DNA from: Hypanus sabinus
Taxonomy: Eukaryota
Direction of reading: 5' to 3'
DNA: 64,000 nt
NCBI RefSeq assembly: GCF_030144855.1
Contig: NC_082732.1
Coordinates: 22,568,001-22,632,000 of the forward strand
Shown here: positions 1-12,200 of the stretch, in pieces
Layout: every line of letters starts with the position of its first letter
Numbering within the stretch: the stretch's first letter is position 1
Notes under the pieces: model-generated
Seen by the model: only the letters and a program-made list of their open reading frames with translations
The model's database searches: none
Told to the model about the DNA's origin: nothing
Made by a program: the position numbers and the translations under genes

Positions 1-883
1 TGTGCTAATTGGTGAATGAATTTGTTATTCAGGAGAATAAGAGAGGAGAGTTGATAAAGGAGTCAGAGAGAAAAGAGGGATTAATGCCTGTCTTGATGGC
101 TAGTGTGAATATGGTGTGCTGCAGGAATCTACAATGAATTTAATTTTGATGTTTTTTAAAACTATATCCTCTAGCTAATATCTATACTCTCTTCTGAAAA
201 TATAGCCAACATCATGAAGAAAGTATTTATATATGGTATGACAGGACAAAGAATGGAGGACAGGGGTAAATTCTAAATTACTGTCAATTTCTTGCAAGTA
301 TTCTCTACTTGATCACCAGATTCCAGACCATGGTACTAATGAATACGTAATATTGTTGATTTGAGGACATAAATATTTTGCTATCAAAGTCAACATAAGA
401 TCCTAATTTACACTGTGTAAAGAAAACCTCAAATGAAATTAACTGTGTGATTTTACATCTGATGCAGAAATTTGAACAGAGCAGAGTAATAGCAATCATG
501 TATATTTCCAACATTCACTGAAATGAATCACTGATTCCATTGGTAGCTTTTCTTCCTTGTTCCTATTCTCACTTTCAAAATCAGAGTCCCTACTTCCTCC
601 AATCTCTTATCGGTTTTACTCCATTAATAATCTTAAGAGTCCCAGATAATTGCCATATTCCCATTCCTCAGCGAATTATTCATTGATGCTTTAGGATATG
701 CATTCAGTATCCTGATGATTAACAGCACCAAATAAATTCCAATGGGAACAATGGCTCCTGCTAAATTCTTAAACAGAGAAACATCAATGTGCTTTAACCT
801 GCTGAGAAACAGAAATTCAATTGTTCCTACAATGCATAAAATAAGATTTTTGTTTTCCCGGTTAAAATGATCCCATTCATTCA

Positions 884-1180
884 AAAAGATAAAGATAAAA
901 GATCAGATTTATTTGGCACAATGTACATTGAAACAGTGAAACATACAGTGAAATGACTTATTCAGTGTCAACAATCAATGCAATTCAAGATGTGCTGGGG
1001 TCCACCCACAAGTGTCACCGTGCTTCCAGGGCTAACCTGGCATGCCCAAAACTTACTACCTTAAGTCTAATGTCTTCAGAATGTGGGAGGATAGGGAAAA
1101 CACAAAAACCCTTTACAGACAGCGCTGCAAATTGAACCCCAATTTTATGCTTTACACTAACTGCTATGCTACTGTGCTAT
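884..1180 (-). mobile_element. V-SINE/HE1-like tRNA-derived SINE, degenerate
   Basis: Shares GAATGTGGGAGG, CTTTACAGACAGC and AATTGAACCC (B-box complement) with copies at 43530-43730 and 51555-51845. Confidence 0.6.
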
Positions 1181-4100
1181 CCCATATTCATTAAATATGC
1201 AAATATTCATTACAGTCAACTAAAACATAATATATAATGTCCAACACAGCTGAACAATTCTTATAAGAAACTTTAAATTGTCACATCATGATTTTCATTC
1301 CACTTGCCCCCTCTCCACTTTTTCTTATTAAATTGCTAGCTTCCACTTGTTGAAGAGTATATTGTTGGGACTTAGCTTGTAACTTAGAAAATGGATTATG
1401 GTCAAAATTTTACATTGTAAAAAAAAAGCAAAATGAAGATAATGTTATTACTAATGAATATGCTAAAAGTAATACAACAGAATGTACAACCTATTCTTTT
1501 AAAGCATTAATTTAAAAAAATAGATTTCTATCAGTTCTCTCCTGGAATGTCCTTATCTTAGCCTAGAATTGTTTTATGTTTTCTAGGAAAGAATCTGCAG
1601 GACAGTGAGGAGTGCAAGGAAGTGAGCTGTTCTTGTAAAGGCCAATAATGATGAGGAGCCAAATGACGTCCTCCGAGCCAATAATGATTTTGTTGTGACA
1701 CTATCTTTCTTTGACTGCATTCTGGCACTTGAAATTGATCATTTTCTTGATTACAAGAGGTAATATAATCTCATTTTCAACTATCACAATATGGAAACAT
1801 GTTTCTCTTACAACCTGGTGGTATAAGATTGCTAATTTCCTACAGGTTATTGTAAAATACCTACAAAGTTTCTTTTGGGATGCTACTGATCCACCAACTC
1901 CTTTGGCAACTCCAAAACGCAATTGTGTGTATTTCCAGGAGATGTCATTACATAAAGAAATAAAATTGCTCTTCAAACCTCAGATGACTGGGGCTTGTTC
2001 TTGCACCCTAAATGTTTCTCAGCTACGCTGTTCAAGACTTATCATACTCAATAAAAAACTGTTGTCAGCAGTTCAGTGGGGGGGGGGGGGGGTAGGTAAA
2101 ACTGCGGATAAACGTGGAATCTGTACAGATTTTATTAGGGATGGTTTTATCTTTATAGAATTATTTTAAGTTTCAGTAAATCTTTTACTATTACTAGAAA
2201 TAGTTACAGCTATGTTATATGACAATTCGTGACTGTACAAACATAAATAACGCATAAAAGGTACAATTTTGAATTAATCTGATCAACGTTTTTGCATCAG
2301 TAATTACAAAACCGCAGGCAGTAAAATACCATATTTTCACCAACATTTCTGTGACTGCTGTTATCAGATTTTTTTTTCATTTTAATCCACTTTCAAATAC
2401 ATGACCTGTTTACAGACTTGTGTGTACTTTCAGAAACCAAGGCCGTTTAAACAAACGACCGGACTTTGAGCAAATCCCCAGAGCAGCTATTTATGTGTTT
2501 TTCCTCATTGACGCGTTCAACTGGCCGCATGACACACCTCGTGGCTGCTTTCCAACAAGCTCTCCCGACTGCTGCAGTCTCGCAGCCGACCAGCGGTGCA
2601 ATGCTGTAAAATGGCGGGACATATCACAGGCATCAAACGGACACATATAATGGCGGGAGGTGAAGGGGGGAAAAACTCAAAATTGGGTCATTGTAGTAAA
2701 TCAATTGCGCTAACTCAAGATAATCAGTTATTTCTATCCCGTCGAACATAATTCTCCCTAAAGCAATCCTTTTTTTTTAATTTCAAGGACATCAGTCTTT
2801 GTACGATTTTCATTGGGTGCAGTCATCAAATAATCTACCTTTCAGAAATTGGGTGGATCTAAAAAGGATATCACATGATCTGCTTCTATTGCAGTTTCAA
2901 TGCGGTATGTTCTAATTTGCAATTGCTTCCCTACGTAGTAAATATAGTTTAAAAATCCTCCTTTTCTTGCAAGTAGAGAGGTAGTTCGATTTCCCACTTT
3001 TATCCAGTAACTTTTACAAAGATCTCCATGAATGCGATTATATGTTTGTAAATAATTCGTGATGCGACGAGAGTGACGTTTATCAGCGGAATAAATTGCC
3101 TTGTTTGCTTCTGGGCAAGCCTCTTGGGAGAAGCGAATGCCACACCGACATTTTTACACAATGCACATTATGTGGAGCTAGAAACTGCTCGACTACTGCA
3201 GAAATCCCGCATTCGAGGTTTTTTAAATTAAGTTTACTTCTTAAACTACGCGCAATAATAATTCTGTTTTCACAACGGCAACATTTGAAAGGAAACAATG
3301 TCCGACTTAATGTGTGAAGAAATTATTTATGCTAACTCAAATATAAACTATCTGCACATCCTATCCAAATTCTGTACTTCTGCACCAGGAACATTCAGCT
3401 AATGTTACAGAAGATTGTTAGTACAGGGAGGGCGGTGCGAAGAGTACAAAACTTTTTTTTCCCCTTTTTCCCAGTTTTGACAATTTTCAAAACGAAATGA
3501 AAACAAAACTATATGAAACAATCTGTACTTTCTACAGATGTTGCTGGATTAATAGTGTTTTCAGCATCAAGATAATTTTTCAGACGCCAACTATCTGCAG
3601 GTTTGTTTCGCTTCGGGGGGGGGGGGGGGTGATAAATAGGAAACTCTCAAACGCCTGCTTATATGGTAGCAACTTGATCAACATGACGGGGTGAAGATAT
3701 ATGCTGAAGACTACATGACTTGGAAATTATCACTTTAAAAACACAATGAAAATTTGAAAATGAGAAATGGTGGGTTACTCATCATAAATACAGTTAGGTT
3801 TTCAAACCGTCGCTCCCTCACTACGGAATCCAGTGGTATAGCCAGGAATCTGTTAACCTGACATGGAATCTACAATCCATAGATTTCACTGATTGTGGAG
3901 AAGGAAAGGGTCTATTAATTTTTGTTTAATAGTGGTTTGTTTAATATGTTATATTACTAGTTTTAAAAATGTTAATGCCACACATTGAAAAAGCAATTTA
4001 AAGCTGACAATATTTACAGTTGGGCTGTGGCATTTTGTGAACAGAACTTGTTCTGAGATCCACCCACTGACCACTGCTCTACTCTGGTTCTATCTGATCG

Positions 4101-6840
4101 AGCTTAACCTTCCCATTCAAATAAAGTATGTTCAGTCAAGTGGCAATAGTGAGCAACAGTAGCATCGAGGCCTTTTGGCTGCATTAGACCACATCTCTGC
4201 AAAGCAGCACTCCATATTATGAAAGTACTGTTGGTTTTTAAAAGATTGAGCTTTACACCACATATAAAAATGGTTCCAACTGCCCTATTGGTGATATTCC
4301 AGAGTGGCCAAAACTATCAACTCAATGTAGCATTTAATTTCCAAAGCTCTCTTCAAAAATCCAACAAATGACAGAGAATAATCAACACCTATACCGAATT
4401 ATCTTTGTTGTGTGTGGCTTTTCATTGATTCTGTTGTGTTTCTATGTACTTACTGTGAATACCTGCAAGAAAATGAATCTCAGGGTAGTACATAGTGACA
4501 TATATGTATGTACTTTGAATTTTGAATGACCAGACCTGTTTAACTTATATTGAAACAAAATAGATGCCAGAAATATTCACAAGGTCAGAGGGTGTCTATG
4601 GAGAGAGAAAACAGAGACCTTTTAGATCAATGACTCTTCATCTCTCTCCATTGATACCGCCTCACATGCTGATTGCTCACAGCATTTTCAGTTTCAGATT
4701 TTCAGCATATGCAGATTTGATATACATGGGGTTTTTAAATGTCTCTGATAAGACATGATAAAGACCAAAGCATGTAGAAATCAGACAAACAGGCCATCTA
4801 ACAAAGCTGAGAATTATTAAAGGCAGTTACTCATAATGTAAGAACAAGGAAATGGATGTCCCAAAAATACCACAATTAATCTTCGGTACTACCTGTATAA
4901 TGCTGTATCAATTTTCATACAAAATGAATCATGCATTACGAAATCACCTTGCCATGCAAAAGAACTCTAAGGCTGCATTTTAGATATAAAAAAATACTGA
5001 TAGGGAATTGTACGCAAGTATGAGCAATAAAAGACAAGTAAAAAAGTTATCCAAAATGTAATGCTCCATGATGTTGCGTAAGGAGACCAGTTTTTTGATT
5101 TGTTAACTATAAACCTTACTTCTTATAAACTTATTGTCAATTTTTCTTCTGATGTTACAACGGTGGCAACATTTCACTTAGGCAGCACAAATGTCATCAC
5201 TGTTAGTTATGCCTTAACATGCAAACTTAACATACACCCTTTCTGCCACTGCTTGCTCCAGTTATACAAATTAGTCACATGCAATTTTCCAGTAACAAAT
5301 CTGTGCTGCCTTTATTTCAGGCAATACATTCCATGGACAAAACAACATAGCTGTTTCCATTTACTCAGCCTCTTTAGTATGATAAAAAAAACCAAGTGTT
5401 CTAGCACCAATATTAATGTCTGACAACCAGTTGCACAAGGAGAAATTAAGAAAAATTACCTTTGCTGAAATTGGATAAGAACACAAAAGCATGTTTTAAA
5501 AAAGACCCCTCAGGCCTACACCACCATTCAGTAGAATTATCGCTGATCTGATCTTGGTCTTGGCTCAACTTTCCTGTCTGGTTTCTTAACTGTTGATTCC
5601 ACTAAAATCTAAAATCTCTTTCAATTTTGAACATACTTAGTGATTCAGCCATCACAACATTATTATAAAGATTCACGACCATCTCATTTGGTCTTATGTC
5701 CTGTATTTCACGAGATGAAATATTCTTTCAAATTGTGATAACAGGTTGCATAAACTTGGGTTGTATTTTATAGTAGGATAAACAATGATGCAGTTGAGTT
5801 GTCTCAATATTAAATTCAAAAGGGCAAAAAGACAAATCTGAGTTACAATACTTAAACAATGTTCTAATTTTCTACTTAACTATTAAAATCAAATTTCCAG
5901 ATAACTTAGCATCCATAAGCATCATAAAAATTGAAGTGGATCATATCTTGACCAAGACTTGTTTAGTCAGTAAAAATCTTATGTGTATCTGCTAAATACA
6001 TAAAATACCAAACAACTGCTAGCAATATACTCCAGACTTTTTCCAGATTACAGGAAATTATAAATTATTTAATCCATGCCGTCATTAACCATATAGATCC
6101 AAATACATTGCTGTTGTTTAAAACAACCGTCTCCACTCTAGCCAATATGAAACAAGTAATTCGAAATTTACAAAATACTATTTTTGTAAATGCACACTAT
6201 ATCCACACCAAGTATACACATCTTTGTATGTCTACTTTTGATACTTTAAAGATGGTTGGTGGTTTCACAATTTTTTAAAACACATAAAATTGTCAGATAT
6301 TTAGCAAGCAGAGACAGGGTAATTTACTCAACAAATTAATCCAACATTACAAAAATATTGGAGACACAAGAGATTGCAAATACTGCAATCTGGAACAAAT
6401 AGAAAATGAGATCCTTCATCTGGATTAAGAGCAGAAGGGATAAATATAAACATACAAGGGGAACAGATGGGCAAGAGACACTACAGTACAATTATGACTG
6501 CATTGTTCAAAATGCTATCAAACTAGAATTGTTTTCAAGATTTCAAGTATGCGCATGCTCTATATTGTATTTTTATATATTTGTATATTGTATGTGTTCC
6601 AGTTACAAACGCCAATTCTGATTGTCCAGGTAGAATTCTTAGCTACAGTTGTTCTTTCCAGCCCCAAAACTGACAATTATCTAACTTCATTATGCAGCAT
6701 AACATGAAGGAGTAAACAACCTAAAGGCATGAAATCCTCAATATTTAAGTGCACAACAAAGATTATAGTGAATTGCTTAAGATACATCTGTGGTGTAGTA
6801 TCGAAGTAAAATATTGCCAAACAGTACTTTAAAAAAATCT

Positions 6841-7012
6841 GGCTGGTGGTGTTAATGGCATCATAGCAGACTTCGAGGCAAGTGGTTCCGCTTTCCATCC
6901 ATGCTAGGTTGAGTGGCCAGCTAGCACTTCGCCTCGTAAAAAATAGACAAATGTTAAGAAATATCAAGGTTGCTGGCCGATGAGCCACAAGGTGTGGAAA
7001 GGAACAACAACA
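6841..7012 (+). mobile_element. tRNA-derived SINE with (CAA)n tail
   Basis: A-box-like GGCTGGTGGTGTTAATGG head and a GGAAAGGAACAACAAC tail. Confidence 0.55.
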
Positions 7013-10000
7013 CAAGTTGTAAATAATAGGTAAAGCTTGCAGAGCTTATTGTTTGTCAGATCATTAACAAAATGTTATGATATAAAGTACTTACAGCTAA
7101 ATGATGCTGTTTATCCCCTGGATGAACTATAAAGTATAATCTTTGTGGAGGAGGGACGGGAGCCTGAGACCCACATTCAACTATTGAGAAGCAGCTGCTT
7201 CCCCTCGGTTATCAGTTTCTGAATGGTCCATGAACACAATCTTGTTACTTTGACTTATTTTTGTAATTTAAAATGATTTTATGTCTTTTCATTGCACTAC
7301 TGTTGCAAAACACAAATTTCATGTCATATAAATCAGTGTTAAATCTGAATCTGATTTTGATACATCATAGCTTTAATATACTGCTATATTCTTCCTTCAT
7401 TGTGGTGTCAGCCCAAGATTTTGCTGCAGGTTTCATCACTCTGCTTGAATCCATTGCAGACCAATTGTAAATCAAAGTCAATATTGGTTTATATTTTTGA
7501 AAGGTTGCATTTTAGATAAAAAATACTGATAGGGAATTGTATGCAAGTATGAACAATACAGTTGTATTTAGGAGGAAGGTTGTTTCCCTTGTATATGAAA
7601 CCAAATGCAGACACAGCAGCAGGACCAGCTGGCACCTTTGTTAAATATTGTGCCAACAAACCTTAACTGGTGGTTTGGAGCCAGTAATTTTGGACAAGTC
7701 ATGATTTATTATTCATCTTTTTACTGCTAGCCATGCAAAGCCAAACTTTTCATTCTACAATCTTGTGCATAATTTACTTCACTTTATCTCTAAAAAAACA
7801 TGTACACATGGATTAGAAACACTTTTCAGATACCACATGCTGAATTCATTTTAAAGATTGTTCTAAGGTAGTTAGACTACTAACATCAATAGAAAATATC
7901 CTATTTGAATTTGATTCCATCATTAGTTTGACCATTGTAAGACAAATGAAATTTAAAATGTTCTCACAATGATGAAACTTTCACAAACTATGCATAAGTA
8001 ATTTATTGAACAGTAGCAGTACAGTAGGTGCAGCCTTCTTGGAGATGGGGCAGGAGCAGTAGTGTCAGTTGCATTCCTGATACAATAATCATGTGAAGTG
8101 ATCCCAGGAAGAAGCCCAGACCAACATGGAATGTAAAATCAATTTTCAGATTTTGGAATGAATCTACCTTTTCCCATATCAGTAGCAACAGCTATCTTTA
8201 ATAATAATAAATGGTCAGGAAGAGTAAATTTAAGTTTATGCCCTTCCATTTTATCAGAAAAAACTTCATTCAATGACGCCTTGACAAAATAATTCTGTTA
8301 TTAAAAATGGACTTTCGAGTTTAAGTTATTACATAAAAGTGCTTTAGTTTAAAATGCAAACTAATCAAGATTAAACCTAATATGTATTCAATTCAATAAG
8401 AACATTTCTCCTGAATTTAATAATTGTTCCAATTAGATTCTACTGCAATTTAACACTCTTCATATACCAGATTACAAGGAGGCCACGCCCTCTTCTTAGA
8501 CCAGACTGTTTACACGCACAAAAAATGACAACAGTGTACACTTGAAAATTCTAACGATTTGAAACATTAATGCCAAATCTTCCTTTTGCTGAAGAAAGCA
8601 TCCAGGCTACCGTCGCTGAATTCGCCCGCCTTGCTCCTACTTTTTTTTAAAATATTTCTTAAATATACAACAACGGTGTACGACGGAAGAAAAACTCGTC
8701 GATCAAACGCTATTTAACACAGATTCACTTTATGCTAAGCTAAAGGTTTCCAACGATTCTCCACGCTGTTACAAAATAACATAAGCTGCAAATACAATGG
8801 TAAGTATTAAATACACCAAATATTGAATATTGTAACAATGAATTAGCTTGAGCTTTGTTTCACAACCACAAGCTTATTTGTATGTTTCCCCTGAAGTAGA
8901 ACACTGTTCCAGATCGTTTCTTTCTGAAGCCTTTTGCACCCTCCCTCCCCCTTATGCGTTTCTCGCGTTCTCCAGTGGGGGAGGGGTGGGAACTGGCTTA
9001 TTTGCATTTCAAACTGTTATACAGAGATACCGCGCTCTTCTATAATTAAATATGAATATAGACATCAGATTCTGGAAACCACAAATCGTTTCAATTCTTA
9101 TAACCGTTGTGGTAGTATACTACGTATTAAAATTGTTTTAATTCTACAGATCTTTTGCTCGTCCAATCTGCTGGGATAAAGCACTAAAAACTGCAAGAAT
9201 GTTTTTCTGCCTCTTAAAGAATTAAAATAAACTATTTTAATATAAAGATGAATTTATTAAAAAACGTATTTATAGCACTTGTAGATGTGCTCCCGTTCGC
9301 ATCCACGTGGAGACATTGTCAAGATTAAGACACATTATATGCGTTCATATAAAAGTGATGTAATGCAAAATGATGGAATTTACATTACACCAGTAAACGA
9401 ATATATAAAATATAGACATAAAGAACGTCCAAAACGCAAGATAATCGATGCTTATAAATGGGAGATAGAACAGGCAAATTCATCTTTATTGCAGTCATTA
9501 AATGCATGTTCTACTACTTCATATAAGATTCTTGACAAACTCCAGACTTAGATCTTATGTAATTAGATGTAACTTAAGACTGCGAACTTGATAACTTTGA
9601 CAAATCACCAAGCAACTGTAACTAAGCGACTTAAGCATTGATCTAAAATGTAGAAACTTTTTACTAAAATCCTTTATCTAAACGCGGAATGCTGGCAAAA
9701 TATACCGGATCCCCTTGTTACCATTTGTTTTCCATCGCACAATATGACTTTCAAATACCAGTTCCTTCTCCATTCCTACTCCTGTCAAAAAGCGAGAAGT
9801 CAGGTGTAGAGGTTTTGTAACAATGTATTTGCATCTTTGTCCAACCCTTCGGCCCCTTTCCATTTGTTAGAATAAAAATGAAATGATTTTCGATGCCTTC
9901 CCACCATTTTGAACACGAGATAAAAACTCTTACAGATCAAGTCAACCGTGGTTAGTTTAACTAAGATTTATCGTGTTCTTTTAAATCAAGCAACACACGG

Positions 10001-11349
10001 TTTATTATCAGGTCTGCTAATCTCAATGAAATCGGTGTTAAATCCCTAGTGCGTTGTGCAGTTCATAACGATATTTCCACGGAAAAAAATCGATGAGCTT
10101 TCCCGTATTATTTTAAGTTAGCTAGCTTCTGTTCTTGAATAGTTGTGATGCACCCTCCAACAGTTCTGGTATGTCTTTTGTGTTCAAAAAACGTAATAGG
10201 GATCAAGGAAGCAAATTTATAAGACCATTAACATACTGTTTCACAAAATACTGTGTCAAACATTATAGTCATAGCATCATACACAATATGGTAATTAGAT
10301 TTTGCTACACATCCTCCGACAAAGTACATTTCAAATGCCAAACGTGAGGTATGATGCCGAGAATGGGATCCGCCATTTTACTCACGCTAGCACCACACGC
10401 TACGCTCAGTATCCCTATTTTGTCATTACCCTCTACATCAATACAACCGCTGATTAAAACATAACAGTTAAAGTTAGCAGCAAACAGTATGCACACTTGC
10501 GACTGGCTTTCGCAACGTAGCCATGTTTTAAAAAGTAAATTAGGTACAATTTCCCAAATTCCATCCATACACGCGAATTCGAACCTTTTTCAATTGAAAC
10601 TCAGATCACTCATTCCTTTCTGGAAAATGCAATACAGTGCAAGATCTCCGGCTGAAAGATCAGAATTCATCATAGAGAAACAGGAACACATTTGAAAGCA
10701 TGGCACCTAAAACTTAGTATTTTTAATCAAACGATTTCAATGGCATATTTCCTGCCAGCAGAAGTGTATCACGAGCCTGCAAATTTTCTTTCTTCGCTAT
10801 GCAGGGTCAAGCAGCTTCTTCTGATCGAAGATAAGCGGCCCCTTTGCTATTAGCAAATGTGTTGTGCAGGATTCCCCTCCCCCAGTCCTGTTTCCCACAG
10901 ACGGTCCTGTCCTCCATTACAGCTCCCATGTGTCTAAAAACACATCCTTCCCTCTCACGGGGCTGGAGCTTCCCAAACTCATAACGTTTTCCAGCATTAA
11001 CTGGACGTTATTGCAAACTTCACGCTGCAGCGCACAGCGGTATTTTAAAAAAAGTACCGATTTAGCTAAGTAGCTGACTAGAATGAGGGGGAAAAAAGAC
11101 AAAACGTGTTTGTGTCCCATTTCACTTTTTAATTGCACGGTCTTTCTTCTCTGCGGAGCTCGTCGAAGCTGTCTGGTGACATGAGTGAGCGTATATAAGG
11201 AGATCGCCTCAAGATTGTAGCAATGCCACACAACAATAGGAATACAGTCGGGCCGCCTCTGACCTGCTTTGCTAAAGTGGAGGATGTGAACTTAATCAGC
11301 AGTGTGTGTGTGTATATATATGGATCTCACCTACACAGCTGCAGCAAGA

Positions 11350-12200
11350 CGCCGGCACTTTCTCCGGTTTCATTTACCCGAGCGGACTCGAAGCCGGGCC
11401 CACACAATAATACACTAAAAAAGAGTGTTTACTTCATCTCTCGCACTGCCAACTTACCGCTTAAAATGCTCGATAATCTTGTCTTCGCGGACATTTTCCG
11501 GCAAATTCCCCACCCAGAGGTGCCTGGTTTCTCGTACCATCCTTAGCGAGTCATAGGACCCCCGTTCAGTGTGTGAAAGTCCGTGATCGGGGTTGGCTGC
11601 TGGCGGCCCCAGGCCGGGTTAATCCTTGAGGTAAAATCCCACCATTAGGCTAACGCACACACTTACTCCTCGCTCGCGCCGCCCGACCTGACGCGTTTTT
11701 TTTCCTCGAGACGCTAACAGTGCGTCCCGAGACCCGATACTGAGGAGAACCACGCATGCGCGGAATTCGCGACCGCGGGCGCGCAAGCGCCACGAAACCC
11801 CGGGTCGATTCGGCTCCACGCACGCGTGGAGAAACCCTCGCCTCCCTTCCCCCTCCCCCCCCCCCCTCACCCCGCCACTTCCCAGCCGAAAGAATGGACG
11901 CCGTCTACGCATGCGCGCGCGCTATCTTTTCCCCATCGTTCGGCTGAAACTGCGGAACCCGCGCGTGCGCAGTGGGCGCGGCGCCTCCCCCTCCCTCCCC
12001 CCCCCGCTGCGCGACGCAAAAGGCTCCACAGCGGCAGCAGAAGTGCGCGTGCGCAGAAAGATAGCGAGGGGGAAAAAAAAGTGGTCTGGCGTGTTGTCTG
12101 CGCAAATGTGCAGAGTTGGTGTCTAGTGACTGGGAGGAAAGTTCTGGAAAGGCTGCTGTCGGCGCCGGAGCGCGATGAATAGAGAGGAATCTGAGAGCGC
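11350..12200. promoter_or_regulatory. CpG-island promoter of SPEN, possibly bidirectional
   Basis: Very GC/CpG-rich. NRF1-like motifs at 11752-11761, 11907-11916, 11961-11971 and 12044-12055; C-rich Sp/KLF-type tracts at ~11845-11875 and ~11985-12005. It overlaps and lies directly upstream of SPEN exon 1. Confidence 0.88.
11458..11540 (-). CDS. SPEN: SPEN (Msx2-interacting protein/SHARP) coding exon 1
   Basis: Minus strand reads aggATGGTACGAGAAACCAGG...TTTAAGCG|gtaagt = MVRETRHLWVGNLPENVREDKIIEHFK(R), the start of SPEN RRM1. It is 83 nt with a strong Kozak context and a canonical donor. Exon 2 was not found in 1-11457. Confidence 0.96.

Noticed and set aside
6841-6900. tRNA gene
   Set aside because: Only an A-box-like head with no cloverleaf; it continues into a SINE body and tail.
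1-11457. SPEN exon 2 or other coding exons (e.g. ORFs 1701-1976, 1711-2169, 8003-8188)
   Set aside because: No YGRVESVKILPKRG-like sequence or recognisable domain was found; treated as intron 1.
11619-12182. Overlapping Arg/Pro/Gly-rich ORFs in the CpG island
   Set aside because: Expected by-product of high GC content; no domain similarity.
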